Shown one piece after another: positions 1-8,365 of a stretch of DNA of 26,381 nucleotides. The notes beneath the pieces are model-generated. The model was not told the origin of the DNA. It saw only the letters and a program-made list of their open reading frames with translations, and did no database searches. The position numbers and the translations under genes were made by a program. Within the stretch, counting starts at the first letter, position 1, and every line of letters begins with the position of its first letter. This DNA is from a virus: IMG/VR virus record IMGVR_UViG_3300007351_000576, positions 1-26,381 of that record. One strand, written 5' to 3'.

Positions 1-201
1 ATGATTCTCAAAATACATGGCATCACAGATCCAAAGAAACAGATGAAGACAATTCGCTTCATCAAGAAAGTCAGAGCGTTTGAAGATCTTGCTGGAAAGA
101 AAAGAGGACCGTTCAAACCTGACGATGTTCTGAGAATTCACATCGATACAGCAAATCTGTTCATACTCAAAGGCAAGGCTAAGGAGTTTGATATCGACTG
201 A
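1..201 (+). CDS. GINS B-domain-like small protein (resembles archaeal Gins51/Gins15 C-terminal domain); may be 5'-truncated by window edge
   Basis: IRFIKKVRAFEDLAGKKRGPFKPDDVLRIHIDTANLFILKGKAKE fits the remembered pattern VRILKDVPEFVGxDGKxYGPFKxGDVVxLPxxNAxxLIxxGxAE of archaeal GINS B domains. Confidence 0.65.
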   Translation: MILKIHGITDPKKQMKTIRFIKKVRAFEDLAGKKRGPFKPDDVLRIHIDTANLFILKGKAKEFDID

Positions 202-213
202 GGTGGAAACAAA

Positions 214-384
214 ATGGGAGAAGCAAAACAAATGCAAGACCGTCTGAAAGCTGACATCCAGGCATTCAGACAAGATAACACTTCCTGGAAAAGGAAGATA
301 GTGGAGAACGAAGAAAAGATTGTGGAACTTGAGAAAATAGTCGAAGCTCTACAACCTTTGTGCAAGGAGAGTGAAGTACAATGA
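214..384 (+). CDS. Small coiled-coil protein, 56 aa (not in ORF track)
   Basis: Manual translation MGEAKQMQDRLKADIQAFRQDNTSWKRKIVENEEKIVELEKIVEALQPLCKESEVQ; SD GAGGTGG at 200-206; stop overlaps the next ATG (ATGA). Confidence 0.7.
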   Translation: MGEAKQMQDRLKADIQAFRQDNTSWKRKIVENEEKIVELEKIVEALQPLCKESEVQ

Positions 385-533
385 TGAAAGATCTGAAACG
401 AAGATACGTCTATGCAGAAACATTCGATGTGATAATGACATGGGCGAAAGAAAAAGGAATCAGAGCACCAAACAGGAAAGACAATTTTCCATTCTTCCTG
501 CAGGAGTATTTGAAAGAAAAAGGAGGTGTGTAA
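381..533 (+). CDS. Small hypothetical protein, 50 aa, possibly DNA-binding (not in ORF track)
   Basis: Manual translation MMKDLKRRYVYAETFDVIMTWAKEKGIRAPNRKDNFPFFLQEYLKEKGGV; coupled to upstream stop; its 3' end carries the SD of the next gene. Confidence 0.65.
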   Translation: MMKDLKRRYVYAETFDVIMTWAKEKGIRAPNRKDNFPFFLQEYLKEKGGV

Positions 534-534
534 A

Positions 535-1482
535 ATGTGGAAAGGATACGATTCGCTACCTAGTTATTTCGGTGGAAAGAGAAAACTTGCACGAAGAATA
601 ATGAGCCATGCAGAAGGAGAAGTCTTCATCGATGCATTTCTTGGAGGAGGAAGTGTTTCCTTATTAGCAAAAGCAAGAGGATTCAAAGTGATATGCAACG
701 ACATATCTGAAAGATCAAGGATGGTCGGAAAAGCAATCGTAGAGAATAAAAACACAAAACTCACTGATTACGATGTTTATTCTTTATTCAAAGAAACTGA
801 AAATAAATTCATAAGAGAAACTTATCCAAATCTCTTGCTTGAAAAAGACATTCAGTTTATAGACAACGCATTTGCTAATGCAAAGACTGACTTGCAGAAA
901 CTTCTCTTGATTAAATTCTTAGCAAAGTACAAACCATTTGGAATGTTGTCAAATAAGATTCCAAAAGATTTAGAGACGTGCAATATCAAAGTAATCAAGC
1001 CACACATAAAGTACATGTACAAACCAGTCAGAGCTTTAGAGCAAATAAAAGATCATATCAACTATGGAATCTTTGACAATGGAAAAGATAATGAGTTTCA
1101 TCAAAAAGATGTCTTTGATTTCTTAGAGAACGTGCAGGGTGATACAGTTTACTTTGATCCTCCATATGCAGGAAGTCAGAGTTATGAAGAATTTTACAAC
1201 ATACTTGACAGCATCTTAGTGCAGAAGAAAATTCATGTTGAGAAAAGTAAATTCAACTCTGATGATGCAGAAAAGTTCCTGCATAAACTTCTTGAGAAAT
1301 CAATGCACATAAAGAAAGTTATCTTCAGTTTTGGAGGTCCGCAGATTGATGGACAAAAACTTCTGAGTATAGTGCAACAGCATAGACCTGCAGAACTCTA
1401 TGAGATACAACACAAGTGGGCTATCACTGCAAGTGATGAGCAGATGCAAACTGCAACAGAAATATTGGTGGTGTCAAAATGA
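535..1482 (+). CDS. N6-adenine DNA methyltransferase, Dam/D12 class
   Basis: SYFGGKRKL (motif X), FIDAFLGGGSV (motif I), NDIS, VYFDPPY (motif IV) in alpha-class order; start moved from 526 to ATG 535 because SD GGAGGTG lies at 522-528. Confidence 0.9.
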   Translation: MWKGYDSLPSYFGGKRKLARRIMSHAEGEVFIDAFLGGGSVSLLAKARGFKVICNDISERSRMVGKAIVENKNTKLTDYDVYSLFKETENKFIRETYPNLLLEKDIQFIDNAFANAKTDLQKLLLIKFLAKYKPFGMLSNKIPKDLETCNIKVIKPHIKYMYKPVRALEQIKDHINYGIFDNGKDNEFHQKDVFDFLENVQGDTVYFDPPYAGSQSYEEFYNILDSILVQKKIHVEKSKFNSDDAEKFLHKLLEKSMHIKKVIFSFGGPQIDGQKLLSIVQQHRPAELYEIQHKWAITASDEQMQTATEILVVSK

Positions 1483-2102
1483 AAACTGAAAGAATAAGTG
1501 TGAATTTGATTGATGAGAACGAATACAATCCGAATGAGATGGATGAGAATCATTACTTGAAACTTGTCCAGAATATTAAACGGAAAGGATTTAGAAAACC
1601 GCTTGAAGTAAGAAAGAACGGCGAGAGATATATCATTGTTGATGGAGCTCACAGATTTAGAGCCTGCAAAGAACTTGGCTATACTGAAGTGGAATCTATA
1701 GTTGATGAGATTGACGTAACAGAAGCGATGGTTGATACCTTAAACGCTAACATACACGGCAGTCATAATCCATACAAAGAAGCTTTGATGTTCAAGCAAA
1801 TACATGACAGGTACACTCTCCAGGATATTGAGAAACTTACAGTGTTCAATCAGGGAGAACTCAAAGATAGAATGGATCTTCTTGGCCTACCTGCTAATGT
1901 ACAGAAGCAAATAGAAGAGATGCAAGAAAAAGAACAGAAAGAAGCTCCCATTGTTCTGACGTTCATTGTAAAGGAAACGGATAAGCAAGTAATCATGGAT
2001 GCTTTGGACTTATTTGAAGAAGCTACTGACAAGAATAAGGCACTATTAGCTCTATGTAAAAGTGTTCTTGAAAAGCAGGTGAAATCAGATGGAGCAAATT
2101 GA
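1479..2102 (+). CDS. ParB/Srx-like N-terminal domain protein
   Basis: NEYNPNEM, LVQNIKRKGFRKPLEV, IIVDGAHRFRACKELG are ParB-N motifs; ATGA overlap with the methyltransferase stop. Confidence 0.88.
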   Translation: MKTERISVNLIDENEYNPNEMDENHYLKLVQNIKRKGFRKPLEVRKNGERYIIVDGAHRFRACKELGYTEVESIVDEIDVTEAMVDTLNANIHGSHNPYKEALMFKQIHDRYTLQDIEKLTVFNQGELKDRMDLLGLPANVQKQIEEMQEKEQKEAPIVLTFIVKETDKQVIMDALDLFEEATDKNKALLALCKSVLEKQVKSDGAN

Positions 2103-2685
2103 TGCCAGTAGGCAGACACATAGGCAAAATGACTTATTGGAAAACTTTGGAGATAAGTCTCATGTTTTAACTGATGAAGATAGAGCCAAGGGTAGAAGTG
2201 TCCAGTCTCCAAATAGATCGAGAGCCAATGCTATCAAAGCAATGAAACATGGCAAATACAGTGGACTTGTACCTCATTGTCATACTTGCTTATTCAGAAG
2301 CCAGTGTGGATCTTATGATCCTGCAGATCCAAAAGCTACATGCAAGATAATCAACATTCCAAACCATCTGGAATTGATTAAAGCATTACATTTCAATTCA
2401 GAAGAAGATTTTGATGGATTCATCAACAGAATGGCACAGAGAATGCATCTGAAAACATTGACTTCTCAAAACTACAATGAAATGAAAGATTTTGTGATGA
2501 TGGTTTTAGCTGTGAAAAATGCAAAATTCAAAACTCCAAAAGAACAAACTATCAACTTGCAAATAAACAATTTCTCGACAGAGTTTCAGATATTAAAAGA
2601 TGTAACTATCAAAATTCTAAGTAAGCATCCTGAAGTGATGCAAGAATGGAGGGCCGCAATTGAATCTGCCAAACAGTCCAATTGA
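2089..2685 (+). CDS. Putative terminase small subunit with Cys4 zinc-binding motif
   Basis: Directly upstream of and overlapping TerL; NAIKAMKHGKYS resembles the NAxKHGxY motif of TerS-like proteins; C-x2-C-x5-C-x11-C; SD AGGTGA at 2077-2082. Confidence 0.6.
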   Translation: MEQIDASRQTHRQNDLLENFGDKSHVLTDEDRAKGRSVQSPNRSRANAIKAMKHGKYSGLVPHCHTCLFRSQCGSYDPADPKATCKIINIPNHLELIKALHFNSEEDFDGFINRMAQRMHLKTLTSQNYNEMKDFVMMVLAVKNAKFKTPKEQTINLQINNFSTEFQILKDVTIKILSKHPEVMQEWRAAIESAKQSN

Positions 2686-4132
2686 GAAAGCGCTCTTTGA
2701 TAGTTTCAAAGAGTCGAATTATCTGAACTTCATAGGGTTTGTTAAGAGATACTTAGCTCCATTTATGGAACAGCATTTTGTGGAGGAAGATTACTATAAA
2801 GAATGGTTTGATCTTGAAGAAATCAATCAATACAATGCAATAGAAGCTCCAAGAGGACACAGTAAAAGCGAAATGTTTACAGTATGGGTTACAATATACT
2901 TTTCTGTTTATGATATCCACCATGAGCAAATAGTTTCCAGTGTAAGTGGAGATCAAACAAACGAATTATTTGACAGAATAAAATTCTTCTTTTATGTAAG
3001 CCCCTATCTAACTCAACAATTTAAACCAGAGGGAGCAGATAAGAATGTCAGTTTAAGCTCTTGGAATTCTAAAAAGATAGTTTTGAAGAATGATGCTATA
3101 GTTCATGCACGAAGTATTGCAGGAAAATGGAGAGGACTGCACGTTGATAGAATCGTATGTGATGATATAATTACAGAAGACAGTACATTAAGTGATAAGC
3201 AAACTATCAACAAGTTTTATTCTGCAGTATTCAATTGCTCCACTGCAAAGAAAGGCAAGATCACAGTCATAGGAACTCCATTAAGATTCTCAGATATACT
3301 TTTTGATTTAAAATCAAATAAACAGTTTAATTTCAAAGCATATCCAGCAATACTTGACTTTGAAACAAAGAAAGTATTGTCTCCTAAGAGAAGATCTTTT
3401 GAAGAATTATTGAGGATAAAAGATACCATTGGATCTTTGCGATTTCAATGTGAATATATGCTAAATCCAATTGATGACCAGAGTAGCATCTTCAAAAGAG
3501 AATGGTTGCTAAGAGCAAGAAGTGACTCTATCGACTTAATAAGAAACAGGCAGGACCTTAAAAGATATGGATTCAATGTTACTTTATTGACTTGTGGGGC
3601 TGACTTTGCTTTCTCTGAAAGAAAGAATGCTAACTATTCCGTATTTCTGACTCTTGCAAGACTTCACGATGGAAGATTTGTCCTGTGCAATTATTTTAGA
3701 GCACAAGGATTAACAGGACAACAACAAGTCGATAAATTAAGAGAACTCCATGCGATTTATGATTATGACATAATGGCCTTAGAAGAAAACAGCATCATGG
3801 CAATAAGTAAAGATCTTCAATCATTAGGTCTGCCGATCAAACTTCTAAGAACAGGATCAAGAGACACTGACAATTCTATCTCTAAAACAAACGCCATACT
3901 GAGAATGACGACATGGTTTGAAAACAATCAAATCATCATACCTTACGGAAGTGATGAAGCAAAAGAAAGATACGAGATTCTCGAGCAAGAATTCAGAAGC
4001 TTTGCACTGGAAGATGGCAAGATCATAGAGATAGGAGTGCATCCTGACATACCTATCGCTTTTGTTTATGCAGGAGAATCTGCAAAGAAAGTCAGTCAAG
4101 CTGCAGGATTTGTCACAAGCATTGTCAGGTAA
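2660..4132 (+). CDS. terL: Terminase large subunit
   Basis: Walker A-like APRGHSKS, Walker B IVCDD, coupling motif VIGTP, RNase H-like nuclease CGADFAFS...LEEN...HPD; TTG start with SD GGAGGG at 2648-2653. Confidence 0.95.
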   Translation: MNLPNSPIEKALFDSFKESNYLNFIGFVKRYLAPFMEQHFVEEDYYKEWFDLEEINQYNAIEAPRGHSKSEMFTVWVTIYFSVYDIHHEQIVSSVSGDQTNELFDRIKFFFYVSPYLTQQFKPEGADKNVSLSSWNSKKIVLKNDAIVHARSIAGKWRGLHVDRIVCDDIITEDSTLSDKQTINKFYSAVFNCSTAKKGKITVIGTPLRFSDILFDLKSNKQFNFKAYPAILDFETKKVLSPKRRSFEELLRIKDTIGSLRFQCEYMLNPIDDQSSIFKREWLLRARSDSIDLIRNRQDLKRYGFNVTLLTCGADFAFSERKNANYSVFLTLARLHDGRFVLCNYFRAQGLTGQQQVDKLRELHAIYDYDIMALEENSIMAISKDLQSLGLPIKLLRTGSRDTDNSISKTNAILRMTTWFENNQIIIPYGSDEAKERYEILEQEFRSFALEDGKIIEIGVHPDIPIAFVYAGESAKKVSQAAGFVTSIVR

Positions 4133-4144
4133 AAAGGAGGTATT

Positions 4145-4486
4145 ATGAAAATGTTCGATCCAGAAAAACTAAGCAGAAGGGATAAAAGAATAATGCAGGC
4201 ATTACTGTATTTTTATCCAAGAAAAAGAAGTGCATTCCATATTTATGAGTACATTTCAAAGTTTAATCAAAAAAGTGGAGTAAAGAATCCAAAAGCTCTC
4301 GGTCACATATTATCTCGATTTCCAGTCAAGGCATCACTCACCGTATTTCAATCATATGTCGACAAGAATATCTCAGGAAGCAGGTTTGTAAGATTGTATG
4401 TTCTTGATGATTCCTTTGTAAAGAAATATTATAAAGAAAAAAACGGACTTCTTGTATTGGTTAAAAAAGAGTCTCCTAAAAAATAA
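4145..4486 (+). CDS. Basic winged-helix-like DNA-binding protein, putative regulator
   Basis: LSRRDKRIMQAL...SAFHIYEYI...NPKALGHILSRF followed by beta-wing-like segment ending VRLYVL; SD AGGAGGT at 4135-4141. Confidence 0.55.
   Translation: MKMFDPEKLSRRDKRIMQALLYFYPRKRSAFHIYEYISKFNQKSGVKNPKALGHILSRFPVKASLTVFQSYVDKNISGSRFVRLYVLDDSFVKKYYKEKNGLLVLVKKESPKK
4424..4443 (+). promoter_or_regulatory. Copy 1 of 20-bp conserved motif (candidate late promoter), upstream of portal gene
   Basis: AAATATTATAAAGAAAAAAA, 1 mismatch to copy at 12931; lies in the 3' end of the winged-helix ORF, 50 nt before ATG 4494. Confidence 0.5.
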
Positions 4487-4493
4487 CTGCTGA

Positions 4494-6536
4494 ATGAACA
4501 TGGAGAATGAAAACAAAGCTTTGATGGTACTCTCCAAAGTAAATGAGGGAGTAAGGCAAACAGCCACGACAATTGATTACAGTAGTGTAAACTATTCAAA
4601 ACTTGAGAATATATACAAAACAGATCAGCTTGTATTTCAAGCAATCAATATCATAAGCACATTCGCAATATCCAAAGGATATGAATACGTTCTTTCTGAA
4701 AGCACTGATGAAAATATAGAGATGAAAGATAAGATTATAACACTTGACAATTCTGTTGGACTTCCAAAACTATTGACGGATATTGTTAGACATCTGCACA
4801 TTTATGGAAATGCTTATCTTGAGATTGTTTATTCAAGAACTGATAAAAAGAAAGTTGTAGGTCTTGCATTAATTGATCCAAAGACAATCGCTTTCAAGAA
4901 GAAAAGCACAGGAGAATTGGATCTTGACGAAAGTGGGGGTATCACAGGGTTTGTTCAGACGGTAAATGCGAAGAAAATAGATCTTACCCCAGAACAAGTA
5001 ATTCATTTCAGGATAAATACGATTGCTGATTCTCTAACAGGCACGGGTGTAATTGAGCCATTAGCCAAAATTATAGAAGCTAAACGAAACATAGAGATAG
5101 GACTTGCAGAAGCAGTGTACCGTCATGGATTTCCACAATTTCATGTAAAGCTTGGAGATAGTGAACATCAACCAACAGGAGATCAAGTAACCGAAGAATC
5201 AGAGAAGTACAAGCGGATAAATTCTAAATCAGAATTCGTTACGCCCTATTATTATGACATTAAAGTATTGGAAGCTCCAGGACTAAAAGGTGGAGAAAGT
5301 TATCTTAAATATTTCATAGACCAGATTGTTGCAGGGACAGGTGTTCCTCAAACAATTCTCTTAGGAAGCGGAGAATATAGCAATAGATCATCATCAGTTT
5401 CTCAGCAAGAAAACTTCTTTTTATACATCGCAGGAATTCAGAGTCTTGTTGCAGAAACGCTGCACAAAGAATTATTCACGAAAGTAATTGGACTTGACGA
5501 ATGTCCTGTATTTATGATCTTTAATTCATTACAAACTAAGTCAGATCTTGAACTTGCACAAGAGCGAGAGATTTATCTGAAATATGGCGTTTTAACTCCT
5601 GATGAAGTCAGGCAGGATATGGGCTTAGAACCTATTTCTACACCCCCCAAGGATGAGCAACCCTTTCCTGATCAGTCAGGAGACTTTTTTTCTCAATTCC
5701 TAAATGATAAGGATTTGATGATAACTCCCGACACTGACTTTCATTTCAAAATAACAGAAGAACTTGATTTTGGAGGGGTACTCAAAGAATTATCACTTCC
5801 CATAAGGTCAAGATTCATCGCAGATCAGCAAATACTAACTCATAAGATCAATAAAGTAATGGATAAGGCAAGATCTAAGATAATCAAAGAAATAGACTCC
5901 AACACTCAAGATGAGAATCAATCAATGGCAAGAGAAGATATTCTTATTGATTCTGAACTTCTAGGACCTGAAAGAGATGCACTTGTTGCTGCCATATTCA
6001 TCGATTCTAAGAAGAAATTCAAACAAGGAATCAAACTGGGAGAGAATTTTATCAAGAAACAATATCCTCAAGTTGCAGGAATAAAAGTCAAAAGCACAAT
6101 TAACGAACAAGCTATCAGAGCTCTTGATTTACGATCCAGTCAATTGGCCAATAAAGTGAACGAGGATCTTCTTAATGCCACGCAAATAGCAATACGTGAT
6201 GGCATAATGGCCAGGAAAGGAGCAAGACAACTAAAAGAAGACATCGAGGCTATCTTTGAGAAATACGGTGGTGCTGCTGACAGATTTAACAGCATAGGAA
6301 CAAGAGCAGAACTCATCGCAAGAACAGAATTACAGAGAGCATTTATTGAGGGTAATATTCAATCTTTCAAAGAACTTGGAGTTGCTAATTTGCAAATGTC
6401 AGTAAATCCTGATGCCTGTGAGCAATGCATTGAATTAGCATCTCAAAATCAAAATACTTCTATTCATTTATCCGATGGAATTATTCCTGTTCATCCACGA
6501 TGCAGATGTGGGTGGGTTGTTAATATGATGAAGTAA
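4494..6536 (+). CDS. Portal protein fused to C-terminal Mu gpF / SPP1 gp7-like head morphogenesis domain
   Basis: Portal motifs HLHIYGNAYLEIV, VIHFRIN...GTGVIEPL, GVLTPDEVRQDMGLEP; then MuF motifs RAELIARTELQRA, CEQC, PVHPRCRC in one uninterrupted frame. Confidence 0.9.
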   Translation: MNMENENKALMVLSKVNEGVRQTATTIDYSSVNYSKLENIYKTDQLVFQAINIISTFAISKGYEYVLSESTDENIEMKDKIITLDNSVGLPKLLTDIVRHLHIYGNAYLEIVYSRTDKKKVVGLALIDPKTIAFKKKSTGELDLDESGGITGFVQTVNAKKIDLTPEQVIHFRINTIADSLTGTGVIEPLAKIIEAKRNIEIGLAEAVYRHGFPQFHVKLGDSEHQPTGDQVTEESEKYKRINSKSEFVTPYYYDIKVLEAPGLKGGESYLKYFIDQIVAGTGVPQTILLGSGEYSNRSSSVSQQENFFLYIAGIQSLVAETLHKELFTKVIGLDECPVFMIFNSLQTKSDLELAQEREIYLKYGVLTPDEVRQDMGLEPISTPPKDEQPFPDQSGDFFSQFLNDKDLMITPDTDFHFKITEELDFGGVLKELSLPIRSRFIADQQILTHKINKVMDKARSKIIKEIDSNTQDENQSMAREDILIDSELLGPERDALVAAIFIDSKKKFKQGIKLGENFIKKQYPQVAGIKVKSTINEQAIRALDLRSSQLANKVNEDLLNATQIAIRDGIMARKGARQLKEDIEAIFEKYGGAADRFNSIGTRAELIARTELQRAFIEGNIQSFKELGVANLQMSVNPDACEQCIELASQNQNTSIHLSDGIIPVHPRCRCGWVVNMMK

Positions 6537-6550
6537 GATTTTTGGCAATC

Positions 6551-6558
6551 TTTATAAA
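6551..6558 (+). promoter_or_regulatory. Archaeal-type TATA box for the lipoprotein gene
   Basis: TTTATAAA in a very AT-rich 74-nt intergenic gap; G-rich SD-like GGGGGGGA at 6597-6604 before ATG 6611. Confidence 0.5.
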
Positions 6559-6610
6559 TAATTTCGATTATATTACTTAAATACTCAATTTAATTAGGGG
6601 GGGATAAATT

Positions 6611-7669
6611 ATGAAACAAGTAATCGCTATCATATGTTTGATTCTTGTAGTTTTTATGGTTGGATGCTCGGCACCAACAGCACAAGATCAAAAGACAACT
6701 GAACAAACAACAAACACTGCTCCAACTCAAGAGACAAAAACTCAAGATACAGGGATTATTAACAAAGTCATCGACTCATTCTCATCAGATGCATCAAAAC
6801 TTGAACGAGATTTCAAAGCAATGAATGATGAAAATCAAACTTTCTTCACAAATGTTCAAATAAGTAAAGATGGTCAAGATATAAAAATGGACTTTACAGT
6901 GACACCTAATGCAACATCCAAAATGATCTTAAATATATTCACTCTCGGAATAAGCATAAAGACTTACAACGTAACACAAGGCTTTGAGAATCTAAAAATC
7001 AATTATTTAAATGACAAGAAACAGATTCTTGGTTCTATGACTATCCCTAAAAAAGCAATAAAAGACGTAGCTGATTACTCTGCAACAAATAAGGATGCAG
7101 ACTTTATGGACAATCCTTATGTAGAAGCATTTTGGAAAATATCTCAAAGAATGTATGATGAATCCGTGCCAGAATTAATTCCTGCATCAATGGCTGAAGG
7201 AATGTTTGGTGGATTTGGGTCAGATGCAGATGACATTGCAGATGCATTAACTAAGACAGTAACCCATTTAGAAATTGATTGCAACTATGCAAAGAATTGG
7301 GATGCAGATGCTGACGATGATGGAATCACTTACTCGGTTAAACCATTAGCTGCAGACGGCACAGTAGTTCCTATTGAAGGATCTTTTGATACCAAAGTGT
7401 ATGAGAAAGTACAAACTGACAATTGGGATTATGTAAAAGGAAAACTATTATACACCCAAAATGGCGATTTAAAAGGTCAAGACAGATTACAATATTTTGA
7501 TACATGGGATGGATATAGTATTCAACTTGCATGGGATGATGTCGAACCATTCATGGCTTCAAGTAGTAATTATGGAATTATGTATGTTACATATACTGAC
7601 TTAAATGGCAAATCATTTGAAGCTAAAACTGGGGAAGACTCATTTGGCGGATGCCAATTAAGAGAATAA
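6611..7669 (+). CDS. Secreted lipoprotein, accessory (moron-like) gene
   Basis: MKQVIAIICLILVVFMVGC signal peptide with lipobox Cys, Thr/Gln-rich linker, acidic NWDADADDDG motif; flanked by its own TATA-like and T-rich signals. Confidence 0.85.
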   Translation: MKQVIAIICLILVVFMVGCSAPTAQDQKTTEQTTNTAPTQETKTQDTGIINKVIDSFSSDASKLERDFKAMNDENQTFFTNVQISKDGQDIKMDFTVTPNATSKMILNIFTLGISIKTYNVTQGFENLKINYLNDKKQILGSMTIPKKAIKDVADYSATNKDADFMDNPYVEAFWKISQRMYDESVPELIPASMAEGMFGGFGSDADDIADALTKTVTHLEIDCNYAKNWDADADDDGITYSVKPLAADGTVVPIEGSFDTKVYEKVQTDNWDYVKGKLLYTQNGDLKGQDRLQYFDTWDGYSIQLAWDDVEPFMASSSNYGIMYVTYTDLNGKSFEAKTGEDSFGGCQLRE

Positions 7670-7697
7670 TTCTTTTATATTTTTTTACTTCTTTTTT
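7670..7697 (+). terminator. Oligo-T terminator after lipoprotein gene
   Basis: TTCTTTTATATTTTTTTACTTCTTTTTT directly after the TAA; archaeal terminators are oligo-T tracts. Confidence 0.65.
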
Positions 7698-7709
7698 GTG
7701 CAATACCCT

Positions 7710-7729
7710 AAATAATATTAAGAAAAAAA
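7710..7729 (+). promoter_or_regulatory. Copy 2 of 20-bp conserved motif (candidate late promoter), upstream of protease-scaffold-capsid genes
   Basis: AAATAATATTAAGAAAAAAA ending 15 nt before ATG 7745; no SD in the gap. Confidence 0.65.
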
Positions 7730-7744
7730 TAGAATTCTTCAGCT

Positions 7745-8365
7745 ATGGCTGAATTAGTTATCAAGGAAATTTACGAGTTCATCAACTCAGTAGAAACGAA
7801 AAAGGAAGATTCTAAGGAGATGATAGAGAACTTTCTCGCAAACAACAGCGTAACTCCTAAAATCAAATCACTTTCACGACAGCTTGAACACATACATCTT
7901 TCTGAATTTAAGATCCATCAAGTCCTTGCAGAAGGCTCAAACCTGAGGATATCGGGAATTGCAATAAGTGAAGGCACATGGAATGGCATATTCTATCCCG
8001 CAGAAGAACTTGAAAAAGCATATATTGGTCTTGGAAACAAACCTTTGAGAATAGATCACTCAACCAGCACGAGAGACATCGTTGGAAAAGTAATCAAATC
8101 CACATGGATAGTTCCAAAAAAATGGATAGAATTTGAAGCAATTGTAACCGATGGGGATATAATTCAGAAACTTCTGAACAATCTCATCGAATCTGTGAGT
8201 GTTGGTGTGTTGATAGATAATGTCGAGGAGAATGGAGTCCAAATAGCTCGCAATCTCGAATTTAAAGAATTAAGTCTTGTTGATGATCCTGCATGCAAAG
8301 ATGCAAGAATCAACCCGATAGAAAATGGAGGCAATGATCAAAATGGCGGAAGTCAAAGAAATTGA
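7745..8365 (+). CDS. Prohead (capsid maturation) protease
   Basis: ISGIAISEGTWNG, KPLRIDH (catalytic His candidate), SVSVG (catalytic Ser candidate), FKELSLVDDPAC; position between portal and capsid. Confidence 0.85.
   Translation: MAELVIKEIYEFINSVETKKEDSKEMIENFLANNSVTPKIKSLSRQLEHIHLSEFKIHQVLAEGSNLRISGIAISEGTWNGIFYPAEELEKAYIGLGNKPLRIDHSTSTRDIVGKVIKSTWIVPKKWIEFEAIVTDGDIIQKLLNNLIESVSVGVLIDNVEENGVQIARNLEFKELSLVDDPACKDARINPIENGGNDQNGGSQRN

Noticed and set aside
371-601. 76-aa ORF from the track containing CRNIRC and CVKC
   Set aside because: Overlaps three better-supported, SD-bearing or coupled genes (214-384, 381-533, 535-1482); GTG start without SD
1302-1321. Partial match (15 of 20) to the repeated promoter motif inside the methyltransferase gene
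   Set aside because: Lacks the AAATA 5' part and A-rich 3' end, is mid-gene and has no start codon at the conserved spacing
2660-4132. Possible intein or inactive nuclease in TerL (HPD instead of HDD)
   Set aside because: Length of 490 aa leaves no room for an intein; the acidic residue of the motif is retained
7669-7735. Imperfect inverted repeat between the T-rich and A-rich tracts
   Set aside because: Explained by an oligo-T terminator next to the A-rich promoter motif; pairing is low-complexity A:T only
8325-8365. Overlap of protease and scaffold frames as a possible programmed fusion
   Set aside because: Would need a +1/-2 shift, no slippery site seen, and the scaffold has its own SD and ATG
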